A program made the position numbers and the translations under genes. Below are positions 9,994 to 17,932 of a stretch of 64,000 bases of DNA, piece by piece. Source of the DNA: Clostridia bacterium (GTDB lineage Bacteria; Bacillota; Clostridia; UMGS1810). The first letter of the stretch is position 1, and each line of letters opens with the position of its first letter. Where the stretch lies: contig JAFQBA010000100.1 in NCBI GenBank assembly GCA_017416845.1, positions 8,968 to 72,967 on the forward strand, given 5' to 3'. The notes under the pieces were generated by a model, which did not search any database, was not told the DNA's origin, and worked only from the letters and a program-made list of their open reading frames with translations.

Positions 9994-12606
9994 CTATTTA
10001 TACAAAATGATATCCTTTATAGTTCCCTCATATGTTTTTATAATTATTTTGCTGCAATCAGAAGGGGACTGAAGATAAGTTTTTATCTCACTTATTGAAC
10101 CCTGATAAATTTCTTCGTATTTACTGTCATAAACGGTAATTGAAGAACTGATATTAAATCTGTATCTGCAAGAAGGCTCCGTCAGCCCCGAAGTTACTCC
10201 TGAAACGCTCTCAGGAACAAGGCTTATAAGATTGCCGTCTCTGTCGTAAACAATACCGTGATAATATGTTACTCTGTCAAGATGATTGATAAAATCAACA
10301 CTTACCTTACCCTCTTTACTGTCATAATCTTTGGACAGAGCATTTATATATCCTCTTGCGTCAAGATTATATCTGATATAATCACCGGGATTAACAGGAA
10401 TATTGTCAAAAGATGCATTTGTATCAATAGCCTTCAATACATCCTCGCTTTCAAGGAACAGTCTTTTATATGTACCTTTCAGATATACAACGATTGAAAC
10501 GGCTGTGGAATCATCCGGTGAAAGAGCCTGATTTGCAGAATACACCAAACCGTATGAAGAATCAGACGAAACCTTTTCTACACTTGAACCCGTTTTCACA
10601 ATAATGGCACCAACCTCACCGGTTTCAGTTACATCATACGCAAAAAGCTTTGATGGAGCAATGCTTTTGTTGGAGTCAAAATACGATGAGCCAACATATC
10701 TGTATCTTTGTGATTCTTCTACTCTGTCATCATCCACAATGGCAAAAACCTTTGTTTGGGGACTTATTTTAAAGTATGGATGAATCATTCTTGTCTCGGG
10801 TATATACCAGATTGTTGAATAAATATGCTGAGTCGGAAATTCATACAGGGTGAGATAGTTATTTTCCTGATTACCGTCTTCAAGAACACCGTTTTTAACA
10901 TCGTATACGATGCTCTTAATCTTTTTATCTGTTTTTATAGTATATCTGACAATTGTCTCACCGGTATTTTCCAGTTTTGAAAAAGCCTGTGCTTTGGACA
11001 TTGACTCTCCGTTTATAAAAACATTGTCGCAAAGCTCATATGCATCCGCTTTTCCGGAATCATCCAAAAGCTTGACATATACTGCGTCTGATAGTCCCGA
11101 ATCTTTTTTTACGGCAATGTAGTAGCCGTATTTTGATTTTGTTTCTCCCTTGATTGCTGTTCCGATTTCATTTGAACTTGATAATATTACCGTTATTTCA
11201 GAGCCCAATGAATAAAACATCAGTTCATTTTCTTCAAAAAACTTACTGTATTTATAGGCTACATCATTAATGTATAATTTTCTGTTTGCTTTATCTATGC
11301 CGGTGATTTTACCGTTTATTCTCTTGGCATCAATAACTCTTATGTATACAATATCTTTATTTCCGAGGGCAATTTGGACTTCTATTACATCAGATGAGAC
11401 AATGTCTGACAGCAGACATTCTGTGACCGACTTTTCTATACGGTATCTGCCATCTTCACTGCTTAAATCTATAATAGTTTTATCTTCGCAAAGAATCGTG
11501 TTGTCATATATATTAACTTCATTCACAACAAATAACCTTGCGTCTGATATACACACGACTTCATATTTGTTATCGTCATTATTATCAATAAAAGTGATTT
11601 TTCCCGAAACTGACAAAATGTCACTTAGTTTAAAATCAGACTCTGCACAGTTGTTAAATATAAATGCCGGGGATTTTATTAAACTTATACGCTTTTTGGA
11701 CCTGTCTTCATAGTATTCCACCTCTGCGTCATATATGTCCGAAACATCCTCGGCAGATATTGAAACCGAATTATTACCGGATTCATCGAGTGCCAGTATT
11801 TCATCAAAACCGCCACCCTTTTTGTAATAAACATCAACACATTTGCCGAGAAGATTAATATCTCTGCCGTTAAATTTATATGTAACATAATCTATGTCTA
11901 TATAGCCCTTATCACAAGCACTTGCCTGTTCATAAAGTCCGCTTAGCTGTGTTGCAGTTACTGTTGCATTTTCTTTAAACTCAATATTATGATATAGCTT
12001 TAAAACATTATCACCTATATCATATACAGTTTCATAATCATCGGAAGCATTTATTTTGATGGGTACACGGGTGTGAGCGTGCATAAAATTATATATAAGC
12101 TCCATTGCACCCTCATAAGAAAGTACCTCTGAAGATTCAACACCCATCAGCAAATCATTTCTCGTTGCAGCTATGTAATATCCGTTTGGATATCCCCCAT
12201 TTGCTATGGCATAATAATCAAGCCCCAGTGAAGAAACTGTAAGCTTACAGGCTTCATTAAATTTTATGGCACTGCCGGGATTAAACAAAGAAGCTTTTGA
12301 GATGATTTTCTGATTAAGCAAATAAACCAGTGCACCGTTATAATAGCTATCAGGTGAAACATCTTCAAACACCGCATCAGATGATGCTTCTCCTCTGTAT
12401 CCGATAAGCTGTGCAATAATGTAGGCAAACTCAGCCCTTGACAAATAATCAGTATTTTCAGATACAACATCTATACCGATTGAGTTTAAAATTTCTGCAG
12501 TTTTATGATCGTTTTGATAATCCTCATCCGATGCGTAAACACTGTTTATTAACATACAATTCATCATAATTACCGCAACACATATAAAGCTTAGTATTTT
12601 TTTCAA
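9994..12606 (-). CDS. Large secreted protein with one N-terminal SLH-like domain (paralogue of 37117..39696)
   Basis: ORF 9994..12630. The in-frame TTG at 12606 lies 9 nt after AGGAGG and gives MKKILSFICVAV..., a signal peptide. SLH-like stretch SRAEFAYIIAQLIGY...FEDVSPDSYY. Shares GGYPNGYYIAATRNDL with the 864-aa paralogue. Confidence 0.6.
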   Translation of the reverse strand: MKKILSFICVAVIMMNCMLINSVYASDEDYQNDHKTAEILNSIGIDVVSENTDYLSRAEFAYIIAQLIGYRGEASSDAVFEDVSPDSYYNGALVYLLNQKIISKASLFNPGSAIKFNEACKLTVSSLGLDYYAIANGGYPNGYYIAATRNDLLMGVESSEVLSYEGAMELIYNFMHAHTRVPIKINASDDYETVYDIGDNVLKLYHNIEFKENATVTATQLSGLYEQASACDKGYIDIDYVTYKFNGRDINLLGKCVDVYYKKGGGFDEILALDESGNNSVSISAEDVSDIYDAEVEYYEDRSKKRISLIKSPAFIFNNCAESDFKLSDILSVSGKITFIDNNDDNKYEVVCISDARLFVVNEVNIYDNTILCEDKTIIDLSSEDGRYRIEKSVTECLLSDIVSSDVIEVQIALGNKDIVYIRVIDAKRINGKITGIDKANRKLYINDVAYKYSKFFEENELMFYSLGSEITVILSSSNEIGTAIKGETKSKYGYYIAVKKDSGLSDAVYVKLLDDSGKADAYELCDNVFINGESMSKAQAFSKLENTGETIVRYTIKTDKKIKSIVYDVKNGVLEDGNQENNYLTLYEFPTQHIYSTIWYIPETRMIHPYFKISPQTKVFAIVDDDRVEESQRYRYVGSSYFDSNKSIAPSKLFAYDVTETGEVGAIIVKTGSSVEKVSSDSSYGLVYSANQALSPDDSTAVSIVVYLKGTYKRLFLESEDVLKAIDTNASFDNIPVNPGDYIRYNLDARGYINALSKDYDSKEGKVSVDFINHLDRVTYYHGIVYDRDGNLISLVPESVSGVTSGLTEPSCRYRFNISSSITVYDSKYEEIYQGSISEIKTYLQSPSDCSKIIIKTYEGTIKDIILYK

Positions 12607-12619
12607 TTCAACTCGCCTC

Positions 12620-14272
12620 CTATGCCACATTTAAAAGCTCCAAAAGACGGGCAATAACGGCTGCCGCCTCACCTCTTGTCATATTGTCAAGAGGTCGGAA
12701 ATAGCCTTCATATCCGTTTACTATTCCCTTGTTACTTGTATTTTTAACCGCTTCCCGTGCATAATCTGATATTAAATCGCCGTCATTATATGTTAATTCC
12801 CGGCTACTTGGCGAACCGCCTTCTTTCATAATTATGTTATTGATAATTACACATACATCCTGACGTGTTATGTTGTTTGCGGGATTAAAATAACCGTTAT
12901 ATCCTGAAACATATCCCTCTGACGCAGATGCAGCAACCGCATTATAAAACCAGTCTGAACCAGAGACATCTTCAAAAGCAATGTGTGAGCTTTGCGTGTT
13001 TAGTTTTAAAGCTTTTGAAATCATTGAAACAAATTCGGCTCTTGTTACAAATTTATCAGGTCTAAACGAATTGTCTTCATAGCCACTTATTATGTTTAAT
13101 GCCGCCATTTCCATAACATAGCTTTCGGAAAAATGTCCCGAAATATCTGTAAAAGTTATCTGCACTTCGCTTTTATTCTCGTTTTCTTCCGGTGTCTTAT
13201 TCAAAAAGCTGTTTGGTACAGTTACCGGATTTGATTTTGATGAGGATGATCCTCCACCGCCGGAAGATCCGGGATTGTCATTTATCTTGTCAAGAATCTT
13301 TTTAACCGCTCTGTCAAAAGCTTTTTTGAAATCACTGTATGATTTAATATCATCTTTTTTATCGAACAATTCAACAAAAACCTCATACTGTCGCTTGGAA
13401 GGAATATCTTCAAATTTTGAACTTTTGCCAACGTCTATGCCAATATCATCAGCTTTCAGCAGTGCATAATTTTTTATATCATTCCATGTCCCGGCACTTG
13501 TAAGCGATGCAACAGCCAGACATTCTGTAATTACATCATCAATTGATGCATCTTCGTTAGTGCTTTCCTCAATAAGTTTTTTGAACTGCCTGTCCAGATC
13601 ATCAGATATATCCGTAAGTATGTCCTCGTCAATATTTAACACATCATTATATTCGGCTATTACTTCTTCGGTATTCTCTCCGTTTATAAGCAGTGCATAT
13701 GCAGTTGACATTTTAGAACATTTAGCAATATTCAAAGGGGATTTGTCAGAACTGCGTGAAATTTCGTGATACAAAGCTTTGACAATCTCTTCTATATTAT
13801 TGCTGACCGATTCACTCTCTGCATCAATCCCCAGATGATTTGCATTACTTACGGCAAAATTCACAAATTCATCTTTATCGGATATTTTACATAATTCATC
13901 GCATATATCAATAGTTTCCTGCGATTTTATATTATGTATATAAACCTCAAGGCAATAGTGCTGTGATGATGTGTCGATGTAAACATAATTCCTCCCGCTT
14001 TCCAGATCCACGGGAAGCTTAATATCAACATCGAATATGTTATCATCGGGCATTTCATAGACCCATGCAAATTCAGGACAATTATCAAAAGAGAGTTTCC
14101 CGTCTTCATCAACAGAAACGGTAACAAGCTCATCCCCGGTTTCGCCCGCATCCAATTTCAAATTCAAAGACAAATCATCAGCTTTGAAGTTTGCAACAGG
14201 CTCTGCCGAAACAACGGTACAAATCAATGATATTATAATACCCGTTAACAGCATCACTATTTTTTTACACAT
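12620..14272 (-). CDS. S-layer homology (3x SLH) domain protein (paralogue of 39712..41397)
   Basis: Signal peptide, then a Gly/Ser linker (PGSSGGGGSSSSKS), then three C-terminal SLH repeats (FTDISGHFSESYV..., FEDVSGSDWFYNAV..., ISDYAREAVKNTSNKGIVNGY...TRGEAAAVIARLL). Confidence 0.8.
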   Translation of the reverse strand: MCKKIVMLLTGIIISLICTVVSAEPVANFKADDLSLNLKLDAGETGDELVTVSVDEDGKLSFDNCPEFAWVYEMPDDNIFDVDIKLPVDLESGRNYVYIDTSSQHYCLEVYIHNIKSQETIDICDELCKISDKDEFVNFAVSNANHLGIDAESESVSNNIEEIVKALYHEISRSSDKSPLNIAKCSKMSTAYALLINGENTEEVIAEYNDVLNIDEDILTDISDDLDRQFKKLIEESTNEDASIDDVITECLAVASLTSAGTWNDIKNYALLKADDIGIDVGKSSKFEDIPSKRQYEVFVELFDKKDDIKSYSDFKKAFDRAVKKILDKINDNPGSSGGGGSSSSKSNPVTVPNSFLNKTPEENENKSEVQITFTDISGHFSESYVMEMAALNIISGYEDNSFRPDKFVTRAEFVSMISKALKLNTQSSHIAFEDVSGSDWFYNAVAASASEGYVSGYNGYFNPANNITRQDVCVIINNIIMKEGGSPSSRELTYNDGDLISDYAREAVKNTSNKGIVNGYEGYFRPLDNMTRGEAAAVIARLLELLNVA

Positions 14273-14292
14273 ATCATTATCATCCTCTCATA

Positions 14293-16182
14293 TTATTTTT
14301 GCAGCCATATTGCCTGATAGCCGCATATCCGTGGTATATTTATTTTCGTTTTACCGTTCACAGCCTCGGTTTCAAGTTCCCGACGGCACGGTATTGCAAC
14401 GGCATTTTTAAATTCACCGTCAAGAATAATTTCAACATCTTTGGAAACGCTGTGTTCATTAATAACACCTATGCTTCCATGGTGTTCAGGATATGTTGTT
14501 TTAATATGTAATATGGTTCCGTTTTCTTTTTCCATCATTGTTATGCGAGAGGAATTCGGCAGATTGGTACTATCAACAAGTCTTTGCGGCAACAGTTTTT
14601 CTAAAACATATTCAACGAGTTCCCTGTGAAAAGCAGCCCCATATTTAAGATATGCCTCAAAAACATTAAATCCAATGTGTGCATGATTGTTTTTAAGTGC
14701 AACAGAACAATAGCCTTCACATTCTTTGTAGGGAATATATGCATAACCGTGAATTCCGTCATAATGACGATTAAAATACGGTTCAATATAATCACATACA
14801 CCAAAGGAACTTTTCATCTTTATACCGTTTGAGTACTGGGCATATACATCACCGTTAAACGAATAGAATCCGTCGGTATTCGTATCGTCGGTATATTCAT
14901 CTATATAATCCCATGTTTTACTCTTTGAAATGCTTTTGCCTGTTGAGAGAATTTTTCCGTCGTATGCATCAAGCTTTTTTTTAAGTGTTTCGGTTATAAG
15001 AATATTATCAGGCAAAACGATGAGCTTATATTTATTTAAATCCATATCTTCATTTACAATATCATAACAAATTTTAAATTCCGAAAGCATTCTTGCGGCG
15101 CCCTTATCAGAATCCGAAATTTGCTTCAGATAATTGTTATATGTAATTTTGTTTCTGACAATTGCCGCCTCTGTTACAGGAGTTGCATTTTGTGTCCATT
15201 CTTCCATCGAAGCAACAAATTCATATATTTCCGATACTGTTTTATATAAATTGTCATTCAATCCAAATCGGGGATGCATATGATCGCCCACCGAAGGAAC
15301 ATATCCGTACATCAATGCATCATACACATCATTTTCAATTGCAGTCCTGCTCTTAATGCCTCCGATGTCGCCCCATGTCTTAATAAATCTTCCGCACATA
15401 TAGATGTGGTCCCCTTCAAAATTCCTGTAATACGGAGCTGATGCGGCTATAAAATCATATCCCCACCATTGGCTATCTGTTGTTAAACACTCAAGTTCAA
15501 CATGGGTCAAACAATCATATATATCATCACAAGGATGACCGTTAAAAAACAGTCTTTTATCTGCAGGTACAACATCCCTTATGTCTTTAATGATATCTTT
15601 CAAAACAGAATGTGCAAACTTCAAAACATCTTCATCATTATCCACATCAAATCCCTGCTCTTTCATTTTGCTGACACACACAGGACAGTAACAGGGATTA
15701 ACTTTCATGCAGTCACAAAATATACCGTCGGGTTCTTTTTCAAGAATTTCCTTTATTTCGTCTAATAAATATCGTCTGTAACCCGAATTATAGCAGGGGG
15801 TTCTGAAGTAATTATCATTTACTCTGTCAGCTCCGTACACTGTTCCGTCTTTTTTTACAGACAAAAACTGGGGATTGTCCACAAGAGCCTGATGGTTAAG
15901 ACCACCATTCAGATATGCGGTAACACCAATATTTCTTTTATGACATTCATCAATCAAGTCACCGAGCAAATCCGTTTTCATATCCGGATAAGGTGTTCCT
16001 ATTTTCGTCGGATAATATGAAAATCCAATATTACATCTTGCACATACATTCACATAATCCACGTGTGCATCTTTTAACTTCCCGGCAACATCTGATGCCG
16101 AAAAAGAAAGTCCGAAATCGTCAATTCCCGGCAGTGTATGAAAATCGATATGAACAGCTCTTTTAATTTTGGTTGTAAACAT
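14293..16182 (-). CDS. Cytoplasmic glycoside-hydrolase-like protein (GHL6/GH42-like TIM-barrel type)
   Basis: ORF 14293..16239. Start moved to ATG at 16182 (MFTTKIK), with GAGAGGAA upstream. The N-terminal pattern HIDFHT..., YVNVCARCN.GFSYYPT, HKRNIGVTAYLN resembles putative glycosyl-hydrolase-like family 6 / beta-galactosidase-type proteins. The assignment is tentative. Confidence 0.4.
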   Translation of the reverse strand: MFTTKIKRAVHIDFHTLPGIDDFGLSFSASDVAGKLKDAHVDYVNVCARCNIGFSYYPTKIGTPYPDMKTDLLGDLIDECHKRNIGVTAYLNGGLNHQALVDNPQFLSVKKDGTVYGADRVNDNYFRTPCYNSGYRRYLLDEIKEILEKEPDGIFCDCMKVNPCYCPVCVSKMKEQGFDVDNDEDVLKFAHSVLKDIIKDIRDVVPADKRLFFNGHPCDDIYDCLTHVELECLTTDSQWWGYDFIAASAPYYRNFEGDHIYMCGRFIKTWGDIGGIKSRTAIENDVYDALMYGYVPSVGDHMHPRFGLNDNLYKTVSEIYEFVASMEEWTQNATPVTEAAIVRNKITYNNYLKQISDSDKGAARMLSEFKICYDIVNEDMDLNKYKLIVLPDNILITETLKKKLDAYDGKILSTGKSISKSKTWDYIDEYTDDTNTDGFYSFNGDVYAQYSNGIKMKSSFGVCDYIEPYFNRHYDGIHGYAYIPYKECEGYCSVALKNNHAHIGFNVFEAYLKYGAAFHRELVEYVLEKLLPQRLVDSTNLPNSSRITMMEKENGTILHIKTTYPEHHGSIGVINEHSVSKDVEIILDGEFKNAVAIPCRRELETEAVNGKTKINIPRICGYQAIWLQK

Positions 16183-16210
16183 ACTTGAATTCCTCTCTGT
16201 ATAAATTAAA

Positions 16211-16239
16211 TTGACAAAAGCTCCTATCAATGCTATCAT
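16211..16239 (+). promoter_or_regulatory. Candidate sigma-A promoter for the AraC-family gene
   Basis: TTGACA (16211-16216), exact 17-nt spacer, TATCAT (16234-16239), 124 nt upstream of the ATG at 16363. Confidence 0.4.
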
Positions 16240-16362
16240 TAGTTATAATCATATACCATCGTAATATAATTCTACTGTAATTATAAAACAACCATAGCCT
16301 TGTTATCAATGGTAACAATTAGTAGTTTACTGTTCAAAATCGACTTTATATGAGGTGAATTT

Positions 16363-17118
16363 ATGATCCGGATAAAAAATATTAACTGGTACGGAAGACA
16401 AACTGTAAAAAAAGACTGGATATCAACAAACTGCATTACAAACAAAATATATTATATTCACGGTGGCAATTGCACATATACTGAAATCGGTGTGAAAAAA
16501 CAATTTGAAAAAAATTCCCTGTATCTTATTCCGTTTATGGCTGATTTCCATCCATTCAGTGATGAAAAAGATCCGCTGGATCACAGTTTTGTGGATTTTG
16601 ATATAATTCCTCCGATTATGTCAAAATCAATATACAAGTTAGATTTCACATCAAATTTCTTTATAAAATCAAGTGTTGAATATTTTCTGAACATAGTCGG
16701 AAGCAGCAAGGAGGTTACATATTATCCATTGAATTTTAAAGACGATGTAATGAGTATTCTTTTCCCTCTTGTCACATTGTTAACCAATACATTTATAAAT
16801 TCTAATAACATTCCCCTTACTGACAACAAACTTGCCATATTGGTTATGAATGATTTACTGGAGAATATCAATCAGGACATAAGTATAAATGATATTGCAA
16901 AAAAATATTATACATCTCCGGATGTAATAATCCGTTCCTTCAAAAGAAGCTTCAACACTACTCCATACGCATATCTTAAAGAACTTCGTTTGAAAATAGC
17001 CAAACAACTTTTGCAATCCGGAGAAAAATTCAATTATGTTGCCCAAGCTATAAACTATTCGGACACTTCAACATTGGCACATGCACTAAAAAAAGATAAA
17101 ACAAAAAATAACACTTGA
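16363..17118 (+). CDS. AraC family transcriptional regulator
   Basis: C-terminal double HTH pattern (INDIAKKYYTSPDVIIRSFKRSFNTTPYAYLKELRLKIAKQLL...AQAINYSDTSTLAHALKK). Divergent from the hydrolase operon. Confidence 0.8.
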   Translation: MIRIKNINWYGRQTVKKDWISTNCITNKIYYIHGGNCTYTEIGVKKQFEKNSLYLIPFMADFHPFSDEKDPLDHSFVDFDIIPPIMSKSIYKLDFTSNFFIKSSVEYFLNIVGSSKEVTYYPLNFKDDVMSILFPLVTLLTNTFINSNNIPLTDNKLAILVMNDLLENINQDISINDIAKKYYTSPDVIIRSFKRSFNTTPYAYLKELRLKIAKQLLQSGEKFNYVAQAINYSDTSTLAHALKKDKTKNNT

Positions 17119-17204
17119 AAAATACGCCATGTAATCTGATAATATAATCAATGATGTTTTACTATTTTTATATAAATATAAAGACCAAAAATGTAATTTA
17201 TGTA

Positions 17205-17237
17205 TTAACAATAGTCGCACCGATCAAAAACCGACCA
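17205..17237. repeat. Short repeat pair (TTAACAATAGTC + CAAAAACCGACCA), left copy
   Basis: The 12-mer at 17205-17216 and the 13-mer at 17225-17237 recur exactly at 17770-17781 and 17741-17753, on the same strand but in swapped order. Confidence 0.6.
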
Positions 17238-17296
17238 AATAAATTGGAATAGATCCGTCTGGTTCGGTATCAAATGACCGTTTTTTGGACATGACA

Positions 17297-17329
17297 AAAG
17301 CCTTGCCGTTATTAAAACGACAAGGCTTT
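17297..17329 (-). terminator. Stem-loop directly following a 10-nt tRNA 3'-end-like sequence
   Basis: AAAGCCTTGCCGTT / ACGACAAGGCTTT hairpin. On the minus strand it follows CCTGCACCCA and is followed by TTTTG. The arms are homologous to the hairpin at 34563-34603. Confidence 0.5.
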
Positions 17330-17334
17330 CCTTG

Positions 17335-17603
17335 TGGGTGCAGGATTGCCTTCTTCCGACTTTAAATACCCAATTTCAAACTTTTGCTCTTCGCCAAATC
17401 AACGACCTTTCGGGTTGCGGTTCTCGAATCAAGGCACTCACCCTCACAGGGTGTATGCCTTATCTTCGACCGCTGCCCCTTTTGTGCCTCCCTTCATCTT
17501 CCGCCGGAAGCGGTCGGCACAAAACAAGTTATTCGCCCGCCGTCGGGCTCAAATACCCGGAGCGTGGCGGTTACTCCAAAACTCCGACACTTGCATGCAA
17601 CAA
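17335..17603. ncRNA. GC-rich, highly structured ~270-nt segment of unknown class (candidate ncRNA or relic of an older integrated element)
   Basis: Much more GC-rich than its surroundings and open in five reading frames in the ORF track. Bracketed by two terminator hairpins. Local stems: 17433-17459, 17498-17510, 17535-17548. Crossing complementarity: CGACCGC 17467-73 / GCGGTCG 17510-16, and GTGCC 17484-88 / GGCAC 17516-20. Confidence 0.35.
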
Positions 17604-17638
17604 AAAATTCCTCGGTCTTTTGACCAAGGAATTTTTTT
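17602..17638. terminator. Bidirectional rho-independent terminator
   Basis: AAAAAATTCCTCGGTC-TTTT-GACCAAGGAATTTTTTT, an A-run and T-run flanking an 11-bp stem. On the minus strand it lies immediately 3' of the tRNA fragment. Confidence 0.7.
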
Positions 17639-17683
17639 GGGTGCAGGGGCCGGATTTGAACCAACGACCTCCGGGTTATGAGC
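17638..17683 (-). pseudogene. Truncated initiator tRNA-Met (CAU) 3' half; probable att-site remnant
   Basis: The minus strand reads GCTCATAACCCGGAGGTCGTTGGTTCAAATCCGGCCCCTGCACCCA. This covers the anticodon loop CTCATAA, the CCC side of the initiator-type anticodon stem, the T-arm, an acceptor 3' strand ending in A72, and CCA. It is nearly identical to the 3' half of E. coli and B. subtilis tRNA-fMet as I remember them. The upstream 33 nt cannot form an acceptor or D-arm. Confidence 0.75.
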
Positions 17684-17740
17684 TGATAGAATAAACCCGC
17701 TCTTAAAATCGATGTACTGGACAAAACGGATATCGATATT

Positions 17741-17781
17741 CAAAAACCGACCATAAAACCGACCAATCATTAACAATAGTC
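17741..17781. repeat. Short repeat pair, right copy, with an extra AAACCGACCA
   Basis: CAAAAACCGACCA at 17741-17753, AAACCGACCA again at 17756-17765, and TTAACAATAGTC at 17770-17781. These are possible arm-type integrase sites. Confidence 0.5.
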
Positions 17782-17932
17782 AAGCATATAAATTTAGTTT
17801 GGGGTGTGTGACAGAGATGGTAAAACAAGCTTTGTTGTTACGGACAAGTGAAACTTTTTTTGATTTTCCGACAAGAAAATGGAGCATAAAATTATGCCCC
17901 TAATTTGTTTTTTACTATTCTTTTGCTTTCGA

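Noticed and set aside
11270-11713. 147-aa plus-strand ORF, and the many 60-110-aa plus-strand ORFs within 47-16239 and 34739-60298
   Set aside because: All lie antisense within long minus-strand genes that have clear domain content. Their Ser/Leu/Ile-rich translations are typical of the reverse frame of AT-rich genes.
9994-12630. N-terminal extensions of several ORFs in the track (for example MWHRRRVE.. at 12630, MKIYKFLTLKGGEY at 1672, MIALIGAFV.. at 16239, MKHEEINRRRHK at 21929)
   Set aside because: In each case a downstream in-frame start is preceded by a well-spaced AGGAGG-type site, removes the overlap with the upstream gene, and (for secreted proteins) yields a proper signal peptide.
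17335-17603. Identification of the GC-rich segment as tmRNA, RNase P RNA, SRP RNA, 6S RNA or a T-box leader
   Set aside because: It lacks a GGGG 5' end, a T-arm and a tag ORF ending in LAA. It lacks GAGGAAAGUCC and an SRP helix-8 GGAA/AGCA motif. The ends are not complementary as a 6S closing stem would require. It has no T-box sequence and no downstream gene. The class is left open.
17638-17715. Intact tRNA gene
   Set aside because: Only the 3' ~46 nt are tRNA-like. The preceding sequence cannot pair with the acceptor 3' strand CCCTGCA or form a D-arm or the 5' side of the anticodon stem.
17332-17776. Five overlapping ORFs (75-120 aa) across the GC-rich segment and the tRNA fragment
   Set aside because: Openness in several frames on both strands is what stop-poor GC-rich non-coding sequence produces. 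The translations are Pro/Arg/Gly-rich with no RBS. One of them runs through the tRNA fragment and a terminator.
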